A model generated the notes under the pieces. That model saw only the letters and a list, made by a program, of their open reading frames with translations. It was not told the DNA's origin and searched no databases. A stretch of DNA of 64,000 nt. It comes from Camelus dromedarius (lineage: Eukaryota). The stretch lies in the NCBI RefSeq assembly GCF_036321535.1, contig NC_087437.1, positions 93,870,001 through 93,934,000 of the forward strand, given 5' to 3'. How positions within the stretch are numbered: position 1 is the stretch's first letter; every line of letters starts with the position of its first letter. This document shows, piece after piece, positions 11,701 to 24,439 of this stretch. The translations under genes were made by a program, and so were the position numbers.

Positions 11701-13300
11701 TGGGTTAAGGTTATTACAATATGAAAGAGTTATGTGAGAAGCAGTTATCAAAGGGACTTCATAGCAGATGTAGGGGCTGAGTGAGAAACGTTGGATGTGA
11801 TCAAAATTCAGGAAAGTTTCAACTGCATGAGGCACAAAAATAAGAAGGATCCCACAAGGATTTTCTCAGTGGCCTTAACCAAAAGGGCAGTGGCCATAAT
11901 GGCTCTAAAGCAAGGAATACATTCCCATGCCACAGAATCCAGTTTCTGTCTATAATATCCTGTGGCTCGATGGTGGACCCTGTGTTTAGGGGTAAGTACT
12001 CCAAAGGCATTCCCTTCCTTTTTATATGTAAAAAGGAAAAAAAAAGGTAATCTGGTCGTTGGGATGGCCAAGGTCAGGTGGATTCATCAAACACTCCTTT
12101 AAGGCCTTGAACCCTATATTACCCAGTTCTTCCCATAAAATTGGGTCAAGGTCGTTATTGTTGAGTACAGCATATGGATGTTTGGCCATAAGAGAGACAC
12201 TGGAATCTAATTTCAGGAATAACCAATTAGCCTGAGAGAACCTCATAGCTTGTGGTTAATTTGGGGTTTTGGGAAATTTCAGACACTGTGAAGTCTGTCT
12301 GGATCTAGAGGTAGCCGTGGTTCTGACATTAGACGCCATAAATATCAAACCTGGGTTTGGGCAAACTGTAATCTTTCTTTGGAGACCCTGTGTTTCCTTA
12401 AGGGTAAAAGCTTTAGCAAGTTGTCTTCCTGTGTAGAGGCAGACGGAGAGCAAAGATACAAATCATTCATGTACTACAACAAAGTAGAACCTCTTAGGAA
12501 CTTTATATCATCCAGATCCTTTAAGATTTATGAGAAAGAAGAAGGACTCTCAGTAAAACCCTGAGGCATTACTGTCCAGGTGAATTATTTTTCTTACCAA
12601 GTGAAGGCAAAAAAAGTGTTGCCTACCTTCATTAACTGGAATACTAAAGAATACACTGCATGAATCAATTACAATAAATAATTTACTTTTGGAGGGAATG
12701 GATATTAGTAACCACAGGGTGTCCAGGGATAAAAATGTTGTTTATTTCTCAGAGGTCCTGGACAAACCTCCACCTTGGCTCTTAGGTTATCTCACCAGTA
12801 AAAGATTTTCTCTTAAGATGTGTTACAGGGGCTAGTACAAGGGACAATAAAACCTTAGGCCTTATAATATTCTATAATGAGCTTCATGCCTTGAGGGGCT
12901 TCTTTACTTATACAGTATTGATTAAATTCTGGGAAGAGGTTTTGAGGGGTCTATTCGTATCTTGATGGGAGGTGCATTGTGAATTTTGCCAACATGAGTT
13001 AGAGATTTTGTGCATAAGGAAAGTGGTAGCTGATTCAATATGGAAAAATGATCAGTATTTCCAGAATTAGCTCTAGTTATCATTAGGGGAAGAATGAATA
13101 AAAGATGTCAAATGGTCATTTAATTCACCTGGTTGGTTACTTTGATGACTACTGCAATTTCTGGAATTATTTTCCCCTTTTCGGAGACATTCCAACATAA
13201 TACTTCTGTAAGAAGTCTCAGCCTAATAAATGGATAAGAGCAGAGGAACTAAAGAGAAAAAGGTGTGTATTTCTCAAAAGGCCTTAACAAAAGGTAATAG
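8800..13300 (-). pseudogene. pol: ERV pol pseudogene (RT-RNaseH-integrase), many stops/frameshifts, interrupted by L1
   Basis: Minus-strand translation gives WTVMPQGFTESP (~12542-12578) and GSTLL*YMNDLYLCS (degenerate YxDD, ~12447-12491). RNaseH: WLTDDSYLK and TANIYLDSRYAFG. IN: MVCMFSHWTDAFPCRQAT, LHSDQGAHFT, QSSGLVE and WIHMMHLKK. Confidence 0.9.
9981..11158. mobile_element. L1 insertion with 5' inversion (9981-~10700 minus, ~10701-11158 plus)
   Basis: TSD AAAAGCAACATTCCT (9966-9980, 11159-11173) after TTT, i.e. a TT/AAAA endonuclease site. ORF2 peptide [32 protein letters not shown] on minus. [12 protein letters not shown], 3'UTR and poly(A) on plus. Confidence 0.93.
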
Positions 13301-14900
13301 GTTCCAATCAGGAACTCTAGAGTTTCATTAGAGATCCTCACTCTTTGAACGGTTTTTAGGAATTTGAGGTAGGGGCTGTTTTATAGTAGTGAGGTTGAGC
13401 CCCAGAAAGTGCCTCTGGGTGTTAATTAGGACTGGAAGACATTCAACCCCAATCTGGAGAAATGTCTCTTCAATTAAGAGCGAAGATTGGGAAGAGCTCC
13501 TGCAGCTCCTTTGAGCCCATCACTGAGAATTGGGAGGATGTTGGAAAGGCTGGTTAGAGGGTTGAAAGCCTCTAAGGTGCTTAAATTTGTAACAGTCTCA
13601 TTTCCAATGTCCTGGCTCTTTGCAATAATAGCAGAAACTAGGAGGGTTTGGTTTTGATACAGGAAAAGTGGGGCGTGACAGGATGACCATGTCCCAGGTC
13701 TCGGATGAGTCCCCGGGACATGACCCATCAACTGAGGGTCCTTGGCTTCGTGCAGGGAAGAATCCAAGATCAAGCCATTGTTGCGTAAAAGTAGTTTTGT
13801 TCAGAGAGATGCATACTCCGTAGACAGAGTATAGGCCATCCCAGAAGGCCGGAGAGGCCAGGAAGCGTGGGGGTGGTTAAAGCAAAAGTAGATACACATT
13901 CCATAGACAGATACAGGCTGTCTTAAAAGGCAAGAGAAAGGCCAAGGAGATACACATTCCATAGGCAGAATTTGGGCCATCTTACTCAGAAGGGAGAGCA
14001 GAGGCCTCAGCGTGGGGCTGGCTAGGAAGAATACGAATACGATTGGCCCCGAGGTGTGGGGATTGCTAGTTTTAATGGGTTTGGTAGTTTCATGTGCTGG
14101 GATTCCCAGGAACTGGGCGATCACCCACTTTTTGACTTTTCATGGTCAGCCTTGAAACTGTCATGGCACCTGTGGGAGTACCATTTAGCATGCTGTTGTA
14201 TTTCAATGAGTGTATATTGAAGCTCAAGGTCTACTGGGAGTTGAATCTTCCGCCATCATTCTTTCAATGGCTGTGCCCTGCCTCCTTGCCTCCTGTCTCG
14301 GTTTTGTTTAGGAGCCTTCATTTGCTGGAGTTGAAGATAAAGAATTTTGGCAGTCTTCCCTTGAGGTGTCTCATCTAGAGTGAGAAAAAGCTGGATTGAC
14401 AGATTAACTAAATCTGGAGTGAACAGTTTCTCATTTCATCCTGGTCTTGTTTACAGGAAGGGAAACATCCCAGTTCAGCCCATGAATACACGTAGAGTTC
14501 ATTGGAGATTCGTATTTCCTCTGGATCTGAGCTCACACCCTCTTTGGGTGATGTCTCTAGATAAGAGAGCCTTTTATCTTTCTTTAATCCTTTGTTTACT
14601 TATTCATCTTAAAATCAATTTACAGTGAGGCAATTTTAGACTCCTGGTAACATTAGGAAGCCTCAAAATACCAAGTGAAATAAGCATTCCACTCAGTTAT
14701 GGAAAATTTTGAGCTATTATCCAACCTGGTATTAAGAAAATTAGTTTGGGGATTTCAAAAGCTCCCCCTAATGGCTGTTGATATCCCAAACTGCCTTTTA
14801 TCAGATCAGTTCATTTACTTAAAACTAAGCATGAGGAAGGGCCATGATTTTAAACATAAAATTGTCAGGAGTCCCTTTGCAAGGGGCAGGGGTGCCCTCA
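13300..14900 (-). pseudogene. gag: ERV gag remnant, partly deleted and interrupted by a solo LTR
   Basis: Lies between the leader and pol. Matrix-like fragments FMFK.. and GSFEIPKLIFL at ~14735-14860. No intact frame. Confidence 0.55.
13655..14300 (-). mobile_element. Nested ERV1-class solo LTR of a different family, 646 bp
   Basis: TSD GTTT (13651-13654, 14301-14304). Terminal inverted repeat TGATACAGGA / TCCTGTCTCG. Higher GC and CpG than the host provirus. Confidence 0.88.
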
Positions 14901-15464
14901 AAATACTTAGGTAACTGGGATCCTGCTTCTCAGAGGCTTTTTCCAGAGGAAACAGAGCTCAACCGTTTTACAGCACAAACAGCCCAATTCAAACAGTTTG
15001 TAAGCTAATCTCAGTTGGTTTTAAGGAGCCAGCTTGGTCCTATCAGAGCCAGGTCAGTCCAGGGAACAGCCCCTTACAAATGAATAGGCCAAAGGCTGAA
15101 AAACCAGCACGATTTTGGTGAAGCAGCCCCTGTTCCAGAAGGAATGAACTGAAGGTATTTTCAGCCAGCTTCAGCTAAAACAGTCTGATCTCAAAATCAT
15201 ACCAAAGTGCCAAACTGGTGCTCATATACAGAAAAAGGCCTTACCCAGAAAGAGGGAATGTTAAAGTAGATCTTGAATGAAACCTAGAAGCTTCAAACAC
15301 AAAGAGGGTGTGAGCTCAGATCCAGAGAAAATACGTACCTCCAAACTCCGGGGTCAACAAGAAAGCAGTGAGTGACACTGAACTCAATTGTGGGCACTGT
15401 ACCTATTGCTCACCAGCCCTGGGGCCGTCAGGGGTCTTCTTTGGTCTCCTTACAGGCACTGATA

Positions 15465-15792
15465 TCTTGACCTGAAGCCAACAGACTGCCATGTATGTCT
15501 TAAACAAAGACTGGTCTATTGGGGATCAGCAAAAAATTGCAATTCAGGGTCTGTAGCCATGAAGCCTCTTGCCAGTCCCTGCACAGCAAGGGAAGGTGAA
15601 TACCTTATAGAGAGGAAGAAAAGTTGAGAGGCTACAGTAAACAGAGTCCATGGCTTTTCCCTGACTGAGTCTTTAGCAGGAAAAGAGTCTTTCTACTTGT
15701 TGAGCTCCTCCAGTAAGTAGCAGGGTGTGAGAGCTCCCCCTTCTAGTCTCCTGACTCTATTTAATTAGGTTTCTGTTTACTAATATTTTACA
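15465..15792 (-). repeat. 5' LTR of the ERV
   Basis: Homologous to 8147-8453. Ends ...TTTTACA followed by TSD CCTT. Followed on the minus strand by a degenerate PBS-like sequence (~15445-15463). Confidence 0.88.
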
Positions 15793-16242
15793 CCTTTATG
15801 TTGGGAAATAATATATGTTGGAAACATGTCCAGAATGAAAAATAATTTTATCTCAGGGAAGAAATTAGTTGTACCTATCAAAGGGGAGGTATTTTTACTC
15901 TTTAGTAGGTTGAAATATATTGGTTTGGGAGAAAAAAAAGAAACATATGCTTTTTCCTCAACCAACTGAATATTTTATAGATTGTGTTTTATCAGTAAAC
16001 TTGAACTGTTTTTTTAAATAAATTAAACTAGATAGCACTTGCCTAACAAATGGATGATCTTGGGGGAAATGTTCAATATCTTATACTCATGTAATTTTTT
16101 AAAAAATGTAAATAGGTATGCCTTTCCAGAGGGGAATTTGGCACAATGTATGCTTTTGGGAATCTGTGTAGAAACTATATGCAGAATCACAACTTCATTT
16201 GGGCAGAACATGCATACAGAAGAATATGTCAAAACCTTAATA

Positions 16243-17289
16243 CAGACAGACCTCAGTTTTCATGGTCCTGACACAGGTGGTGGATCTCTGTTATAGGGGT
16301 TTTGTGATTTAGTTAAATAACACCAGTCTCCCAACAACAACAAAAAAATCAAATTTCTGTTACCACAGTGTATTAACTGTGAAATTCCATGAAGAACAAA
16401 TTTTGCTGCGAGTTCTTTAGTCCAAAAGTCATTATGTCAAAACAGATATACATTATAATGACAGACATGTCACTTCTTTCAAAGTCTGCACATCTGTTAT
16501 TTGGTTTATGCACAAACATAAAGCATTTAGTTATGTTTCCTTGTCTCTCAGTAATAAACCACATGATATTGTACAAAAGTGAATAGTCAGGGAGGACACG
16601 GGCCAACAAAGATGAAAGTGCACAGAGAAATGAAAAGCGATAGCTCTGGTAGTAAAGTCTGAATCAGATATAAAAGGAGTTAGAGAAGAAATAACTGAGC
16701 ATTGGAATGTTGACACTGCTGTCATTTAAGGTATTCCAAATAAGAATACAGAGAAACTTACTGAAGGCAAACTTACAGACAGAAGTGAGTTGTAATGAAA
16801 AGGATAAAGATGTCCCAGAGGAAGTGACACCAGGGAAAACAAAAACAAAAACAAAACCTTCACATTAAACGCACTCTTGGAGATATTGCACAACATTGAA
16901 ACACAAAAAATCAAAGTTGGAAACTGATCCAAATTTAGAAAGAATATACTTGGCCAAGATTCAAGAAAGTTCCTCATTCCATATCCACAGCATATCAAAC
17001 AGTGAAGGCAAACACTGTACAAAGAAGTCTTGATGGGTGTTTTGCAAAGAAATTAAATACTTTTTTCTCAGTTTCTAATATTTTAAATAATAATGTATTG
17101 AATGATTATTAGTTTTATTATTTTTATTCCATATGTATTTATAACTAACAATAAGAGTTTTAATGTTCTGTTTAAAAATTTTAAAGGTCACAAAATCGTC
17201 ATAATTTTTCTCAGTAAGATCCCTTTGCGTGAAACCTACATGGTCTTTTTTAGGACCACTGCAACACCATGGAAAGTGAGGATTGCCTG
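16243..17289 (+). mobile_element. Non-autonomous TcMar-Tigger DNA transposon (Tigger13-like)
   Basis: 24-bp terminal inverted repeats, 19/24 matching (16243-16266, 17266-17289). TA on the left flank. Internal GGAATGTTGACACTGC..GATGTCCCAGAGGAAGTGAC motif. Confidence 0.7.
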
Positions 17290-17985
17290 CTTAATATTGG
17301 GCATTTATGAGTGAAGAATTGACGTGTGACTCTCATTCATTATGATGAGCATGCATTACTTTTAGTAAATGTATGCATATTAATAAAATAATATGCAATA
17401 TTTATTTATATACATATATAAGGAGTTGATATCTTATGTAATTTACATGGGAGCTGCCCTCATATTTTTTATAGTAATGATAAAAGTGTTAAGCTAATAT
17501 GGACTATTTTCATTAATGCTAAGCAAACAAATGAGGCCACCACAAAAGTAAAAGCAATGATAATATTTCAAAGCTAAAAACATATCCAGAAAAGACATGC
17601 AGCTACATCAGATATTCCCTGGAAGTTATATCCAAATACATCACAGTGATTGTATGACATGTACCAAATCAGATATAAAATATGCTTAAATTTATATAAT
17701 TTTCACATGAGTGGGCTTCCATTGCATTGTTAAGGTATGACAAGTGACAAAGAAAGATGTTCTAAATTTTTATGCCATTAAAAGAATAATCTCCCAAAAA
17801 AACTCTTGTAAAATCTAATACAAGAGAGCAAACAGTAAAATCTCATCCACTAGACAATTGAAAACTGTTTTTTAAAAATCTCTGTAACAACAGTATTTCT
17901 AAAATATTTATAAGCTAGAAGGACGGCTAAAACAACAAGCTTCTGTAATGAAAGCTAAAGTACCTGAAGCTATACCCTATCAAAA

Positions 17986-18058
17986 AATATATATATACAT
18001 AGAGAGGGAGAGAAAGGGAGAGAGAGACATGGAGACAGAGGCAGAGAGTTAGAGAGAG
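17986..18058. repeat. (TA)n/(GA)n compound microsatellite
   Basis: Directly visible. Confidence 0.85.
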
Positions 18059-18388
18059 CTCCTCCCTATAAGGAGCTAGGCATAAGTCCATGGGCATAGC
18101 TTCAAACATCTCCAAATTTCCGTTTTCCCAGCTATAAAATGATACTTAGGAGATAACAAATCTATGTATAGCACATCAGATATTTATAATAAGTATAAAT
18201 AAAATATAATCTGTGAAACAGCTGACAACCCTCAAAGTGTTATTCAAAAGTAAATTACTATACCTGACTTATTTCCTTAGTCTAGCCAAATAAGAAATTG
18301 GCCACTGTCTTTATTAATATTATCAAGCCTAAAATATACTCTATAGAGCCTTTTCAGAGAACCGTTTCAAATATGTGGTTTTGGAAAT

Positions 18389-19367
18389 GGGCAGAAGATC
18401 TAAACAAGCAATTCTCCAGTAAAGACACACAGATGGCCAACAGGCACATGAAAAAATGTTAATATTTCTAATTATTAGAGAAATGCAGATCAAAATGACA
18501 ACAGGATATCACCTCACACCATCATTCAAAATGACCATCATTCAAAAGTCCACAAACGATAAATGCTAGAGAGGGTGTAGAGAAAAGAGAACCCTCATAC
18601 ACTGCTGGTGGGAATGTAGTTTGTTATAGCCATTATGGGAAACAGTATGAAGATTCCTCAAAAAACTAAAAACGGACTTACTATATGATCCAGCAATCTT
18701 ACTCCTGGGCATATATTCAGAGGGAACTCAAGTTCAAAAAGAAACATGCACCCCAGTGTTCATAGCAGCACTATATACAATAGCCAAGACATGGAAACAA
18801 CCTAAATGTCCATCGACAGATTATTGGATAAAGAAGCTGTGGTATATCTATATAATGGAGTACTACTCAGCCATAAAAAAGAATAAAATAATGCCATTTG
18901 CAGCAACATGGATGGACTAGAGATTGTCATTCTAAGTAAAGTAAGCCAGGAAGAGAAAGAAAAATACCATATGATATCATTCATATGTGGAATCAAAAAA
19001 GAAGAAGAAGAAGAAGAAGGAGAAGGAGAAGGAGAAGAAGAAAGACCAAAATGAACTTATTTACAAAACAGAAATAGACTCACAGACATAGAAAACAAAT
19101 TTATGGTTACCTGGGGAGAAAAGGTGTGGGAAGGGATAGATTGGGAGTTTGAGATTTTCAGATACTAACTACTATATATAAAATAGGTAAACAACAAATT
19201 TCTACTGTATAGCACAGGGAACTATATTCAATATCTTGTAGTTACGTATAATTTAAAATAATATAAAATGAATATATTTATGTATATATAGGACTGAAAC
19301 ATTATGCTGCACACCAGAAATTGACACAACATTGTAAACTGACTATACTTCTATAAAAAAAGAAATC
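18389..19367 (+). mobile_element. 5'-truncated L1 (ORF2 C-terminus + 3'UTR), with (GAA/GGA)n expansion at ~18996-19042
   Basis: L1 3' sequence with A-rich tail. Imperfect TSD AATATGTGGTTTTGGAAAT (18370-18388) / AATATGTGGTATGGAAAT (19368-19385). Confidence 0.92.
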
Positions 19368-20515
19368 AATATGTGGTATGGAAATAAAAAAAATCAACAT
19401 TTCTTCATAGTTCCATCTTGCTTTGCATTTTCAGTATTATGTTAGATATTAATGAATCAGAGGATATGTAGACTCAACACGAGGTGATTCAAATATGGGT
19501 CAAATATATTAACCCTGTTCTTGGTGTTACTGAGATGTACTGTAGTGGGTATTGTCTAGTCAGAAGGAGGGCAATAAAAAAGAGTTTCAGTGGCAGCTTG
19601 CCACACACTAAGCTGATTTGACTACAACCCTAGTTTTGATTAACAAATGATGACAAAGGGCTATTCATGACTACATGCATTCCACAAAAGCATTTCAAAA
19701 CTCATGTCATTCTGAAACCAGTGCTTGTTTTATAATTTATGAAGCATTATATCTCATTATTTTCTGACAAGTTGTGTGAAGGAACCAAATCCCCTAAATC
19801 CATTCTGTTGTTACAATGAAATATTTATTTCCTAGTAGGTATCCTGACCTGCTAATTGCTTCAAAATCTGGATTCATATTTGTTATCATATTTTCTATCA
19901 TTATGTACATGCTAAGATCTTTTCTGTCTCTAATATCTTCCATTATATTAAGTGATATATGAGATACTTTCAAGACAAAGTTTTGACAAGGTATTATTCA
20001 ATAGAACACTTCTGTATACATTATTCTTTGTAGTTTTGAGACGATATTGGTAAAAGAAAAAGAGGGAAGGAAGAAAGGACATTTTTGATGTTTAATACAA
20101 ATATAAAGGGCATAAAACAGTAAGTTGACAACTTGGAGTTACAGTTTTTATATTCGGCTCAAATTCCCAGGCTAATGCAGTGATTAAGCGCCAAGACATT
20201 TGGCCTCAACCAACCACATAACTCGACTTAGATATTGATTGAACGCACTCTGTTCTCTGTTTTCTGATCTGTAAAATGGTGATAAAAATGGTACTTATCT
20301 CAAGAGAATGAATTGAGCCTAGAAGAGCACAATGCATACAGGAAGTGATACAAAAAATGTTAAAGTTATTATTACAGCCCACAGAATAGCATGGAAACAA
20401 ATGACTAAAGAATTATGGCAAAGGACGTCCTCAAGAGAGTAAAAAAAAAAAGCAGGCTATGACTTTCTTCCTGGCAGGTGGAAATTGGAACAGATGTTGA
20501 TATTAGAGTAATTAG

Positions 20516-20863
20516 TATCCTAATCCGTTTGGGCTGCTGTAACAAAATACCATAGACTGGGTGGCTTATAAACAACACAGAACATTTCTCACATTCTGGA
20601 TGCTGGGAAGTCCAAGGTCAGGGTGCTGGCAGAGAGCTCACTTCCTGTTCATAGACTTGTGCCTTCTTGCTTGTGTCTTTACAAGGCAAAAGGTACAAGG
20701 GATCTCTCTGGGACTCTTTTGTAAAGACATTAATCCCATTCATGAGGACTCAACCCTGATGACCTAATCACCTCCCAAAGGCCCATGTTCTAATACCATC
20801 ACCTTGGGGGTTATGATTTCCACATATGAATTTTAGCAGGACACAAACATTTAGACCATATCA
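20516..20863 (-). mobile_element. MaLR solo LTR (MLT1A-like)
   Basis: GGGCTGCTGTAACAAAATACCATAGACTGGGTGGCTTATAAACAAC...GACCTAATCACCTCCCAAAGGCCC. Confidence 0.9.
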
Positions 20864-21819
20864 AAGGGATATTCAGATTTTACTTTTAAAATTCAAAATT
20901 AATTACACTGGGGAATGATTAATTTAGAATGATAAATAAATCACCATAAATTAGAAATGAAACATATCATAAAACCCATAAATAAAATAAAAATCTAGAA
21001 AAATAGAATGTTATTCTTACTGACCACCTGAAACTTCTGTTATAATTTTCAACAGACGAACTTCTGGATCCTGACACTTCAGACTTTGCTTCTCCTCTAC
21101 TACTTAGATTTTTCCGATGACAATCGCAACTGAACACCTTGCCTTGGCCATTTGACTCCTGGTCTGCACCTTTGTCTCACAACACTGGGTAAGTGGACCT
21201 ATTGGCAGGTAAGGATGTTTTGAGAAAACAAGCTTTCACCAGGACAATGGAAAACCCTAACAGTTCATGAACTTGGTTTCAAAATTCCTAAGTAAATTCA
21301 CTGAAAGTATGTGCAAATCATCAAAAAAAAAAAAAAAAAAAAGAAGAAGAAAAAAATCTCAATCACTCAAAATATCATGTGAGAGGAAGTACTTTTCCTG
21401 ACTCATCTTGCTAGGGTTACTTTTTTTCACAAGTGAAAGGTTGGTAAGTCAGTCTTAGAATGAACGTGCATGCGAAATATGGAGGAAAGAGACATCTTTT
21501 ATTTACCCACTGTATCTCCACAAAGTCATAGTTGTGGCAGACTTGAGTGAGAGACTACTACACATTTGTAGATGTGATAGTGACAGTAGACCACCCCTTG
21601 GGAATCAGGACTGTTGAAAGGTTATATTCCCCTAAAACAACACATGTAGTAGTTCATGGATTACAAATACGAGAAACAAATAAAAAAGGTGTTATTTGTG
21701 GAAAATAATAAAACTTAGTGAGACTGACAGGCTAAGATGTGGTGTTTGAGCTCAGATGTTAGAATGTAGAGAGGATATTTTGACCTTAGTAATTTGGGAA
21801 TATAATCATATTCCTACTT

Positions 21820-22370
21820 AAAGTGCATAAGACACCTTAAACTGTCCACGTGAAGGATGATCAAACTCTTCTCTACCTTGATTGTAATAGTTGCATGTTT
21901 GTATGCATTTATCAAAATACAGAATTTTATACTGAAAAGTCTGAATTTTATTGTATATAAACGATATCCTACTAAAAATATTTTTAAACCCCCTGGGGTA
22001 ATAGTAATGACAACAACAATAACAAAAATTGAAAACAGAGGCAAAAGTACTTGCCGTTTAAATCACAAAGTGCTAAGTCCCATAACCTACAGTGCTTATG
22101 AAATTTAAAAAGAAAAAAATATTGATAATAATTATAGAAAACTATGAACAGACATTTCACAGAAAATAGTAATACAAAAGGCACTTTGATATATAAAAAA
22201 GATCTTTACTCTTATGCATTAAAGAAATGCAACTTCATATTACTGGTGTTTAATCAATTATTTTTTTAAATCCAATGTGTGATGACCTACTCTATTAGCA
22301 GAGCTGTGTGGAAACAGGTACTTTCATAAATTGCTGATGTATATGTAAAATTATAAAATACTCTGAAGAA
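21820..22370 (+). mobile_element. Old L1M fragments
   Basis: GAATTTTATTGTATATAAA 3'-end motif and ATGAACAGACATTTCACAGAA. Confidence 0.55.
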
Positions 22371-23802
22371 ACCACGGCACAGGGCTAGAAACGTCAGCAC
22401 ACAGATACGGTGGCCATGTTCACCAGGCAGGGCTCACCAGAAAAGCAATATTGAAATGCAAAAATCAAAGAGCTCAAAAAAGACCATATAAAAACTTTAA
22501 TGTAGAATAGATGATCAAAACTCCCAGCATTTTTTTTTTAATTTTGAAAAAAAATCAGTAATGTACCAAGTACCATTTTCTTAAAAAAAGATACTCAGAA
22601 TAGATAGACATTCCCTTCCCCGCCGGCCTAGCACGTTCTGGTAAATGCATAATAATAAAATGTGCTGAGAGGTTTCTCCCAGTTGTGTTTAAGTGCACAG
22701 ATTAAGTCATGGATTTGTAGACAAATAAGACTGTTTGGCATCCTGATGAAACTGTAGTTAAAGTTAGAACTGGATTCTGAGAATATAATTTTTCCTGAGA
22801 TACCTGCTCTAGAATCTGGAGATTGTCTTGTTTCCTAAATGTAGGTGTGCAGATCTAGACTTTAATAATTTTGTGTGTCTGAGTAACTCACTATAACCCT
22901 TAAAAGTGAGACTCACTAGGGATTTGGTATTGGGACAACACAGTTTCTGAGATCCTGAGAAATGATCCCCGTTCTTGCTTTCTCTCTGTGTGTAACTGCT
23001 AAGTGACCCTGCTCTACTCATGTGCGGGGAACTCCTCTAGCTCAGACTCAAAACTATAAGTAAATAGGTGAAGGTGAATTTTATAATTTAATTTATTTGG
23101 AATATAACTGACAAGGGTCAAGTACTTTTATTTTGGACTTTAATTCCTTCGAAAATTAACATTATTAGACTTGAATTCGCAATAGCATTTGATATTTGAT
23201 CATTTCTCCTTACAGATTTGATTAAAGGAGAGGATTTGTATTGAGTAATGAACAAATGGGTGAATTTTCAGTCGTGGGTGCAAAGAGGCCTTTGATTTAA
23301 TTCAGTTTGACCTTATGAAGGTAGGGGCAAAATTACTGTCACGGATAGTTAGCATCATTCCATTCCTATTTGACAGTAAACTAAATATTTCCAAAGGAAA
23401 ACAACTGAATAAAAGAGATCTTTTTCTCTTTATGCCTAGTTTTTTTTGACATAGGAAGGGAGATCAAATAGTTTGAGGTGACTGCCCTCTCTCTGTCCCT
23501 TTCTGCCCAGAGTATTTTGAATGACATCTGATTCCCTGTTTAAGGAAATAAATTAAACATGTTTTGCTCAATTTCTTCATTTTTCCTATTGGGAGTAACT
23601 AAGTACTGGGAGAAGGGATTTTCTTCGGTTATTTTAGACCACAAATCTTACTCTGCAAAACACATGAACATGGCATGTGCTTATGTGTTCACATGTGTTT
23701 GTATGTGTTTGTTGGGTATGTCATACAGATAAATATGAAAAATTCTGGCAGTTTTTTGTATAAAACAAATCCCTTTTGCTCACATAGAAGTTAAATCCTC
23801 AA

Positions 23803-23893
23803 GCAGGGAGGGTAATAGCTTAATGGTAGAGTGCATGCTTAGCATATACAAGGTCCGGGGTTCAATCCCCAGTGCCTCTGTTTAAAAAAAAAA
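23803..23893 (+). mobile_element. tRNA-derived SINE (camelid Vic-1-like)
   Basis: A box TAGCTTAATGG, B box GGTTCAATCCC and poly(A). TSD AAGTTAAATCCT(CA/TG)A at 23788-23802 and 23894-23908. Confidence 0.9.
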
Positions 23894-24439
23894 AAGTTAA
23901 ATCCTTGATAATTTGGCCTCCACCTGCTACAATTTATTTAAGTCTAATTTTTAATTTAATCAAAACTCAGGTAATTTAGAATGATCCTATTTATTGGGAC
24001 TTTACAAAGACCTTTATAACAACCTTTGATAATCCTGGGATATAAAGTGAGGCAAAAACTTAATCAGATTTACTCACAGAATTCAGCAGGAAAAATATAC
24101 TTAGGTTTGTCCTCTATCTTAACCCAGTATAAATGAATTAAAGGCCTTTGAATATTATTTGGTAGCATGTTGCTTGTTCACTTTTCTTATGTCATTTTTT
24201 AAATCAGTATATATTGCCATTCTTACATAATACATGTAACATACTATCTGTCATATCATGTGTGCAATATACATTATATTTAATATCTTCAAGTTAAATT
24301 TTTTTATAACTCTGAGTTCTGGAATATCACGCCTGTTCTGTATTTTAAATACCCACTGGAGTTGAGGGATAGGAGTGTGTGTCAGTGGAAGTTCTCTTCC
24401 ATGGAAATAAATTACCAGGAATCCTTTGGAAAAAGGTAC

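Larger units (their letters stand above)
8147..15792 (-). mobile_element. Decayed class I (gamma-like/ERV1) endogenous retrovirus, two LTRs, env absent
   Basis: Homologous direct-repeat LTRs at 8147-8453 and 15465-15792. TSD CCTT (8143-8146, 15793-15796). Purine tract next to the 3' LTR. gag, RT, RNaseH and IN motifs in the correct order on the minus strand. Confidence 0.92.

Noticed and set aside
15445..15464. Assigning the ERV primer tRNA
   Set aside because: TCAGTGCCTGTAAGGAGA is too degenerate; only a loose resemblance to a Leu-type PBS.
23803..23893. tRNA gene (also 34890-34979)
   Set aside because: Poly(A) tail, TSDs and a degenerate cloverleaf identify these as SINEs.
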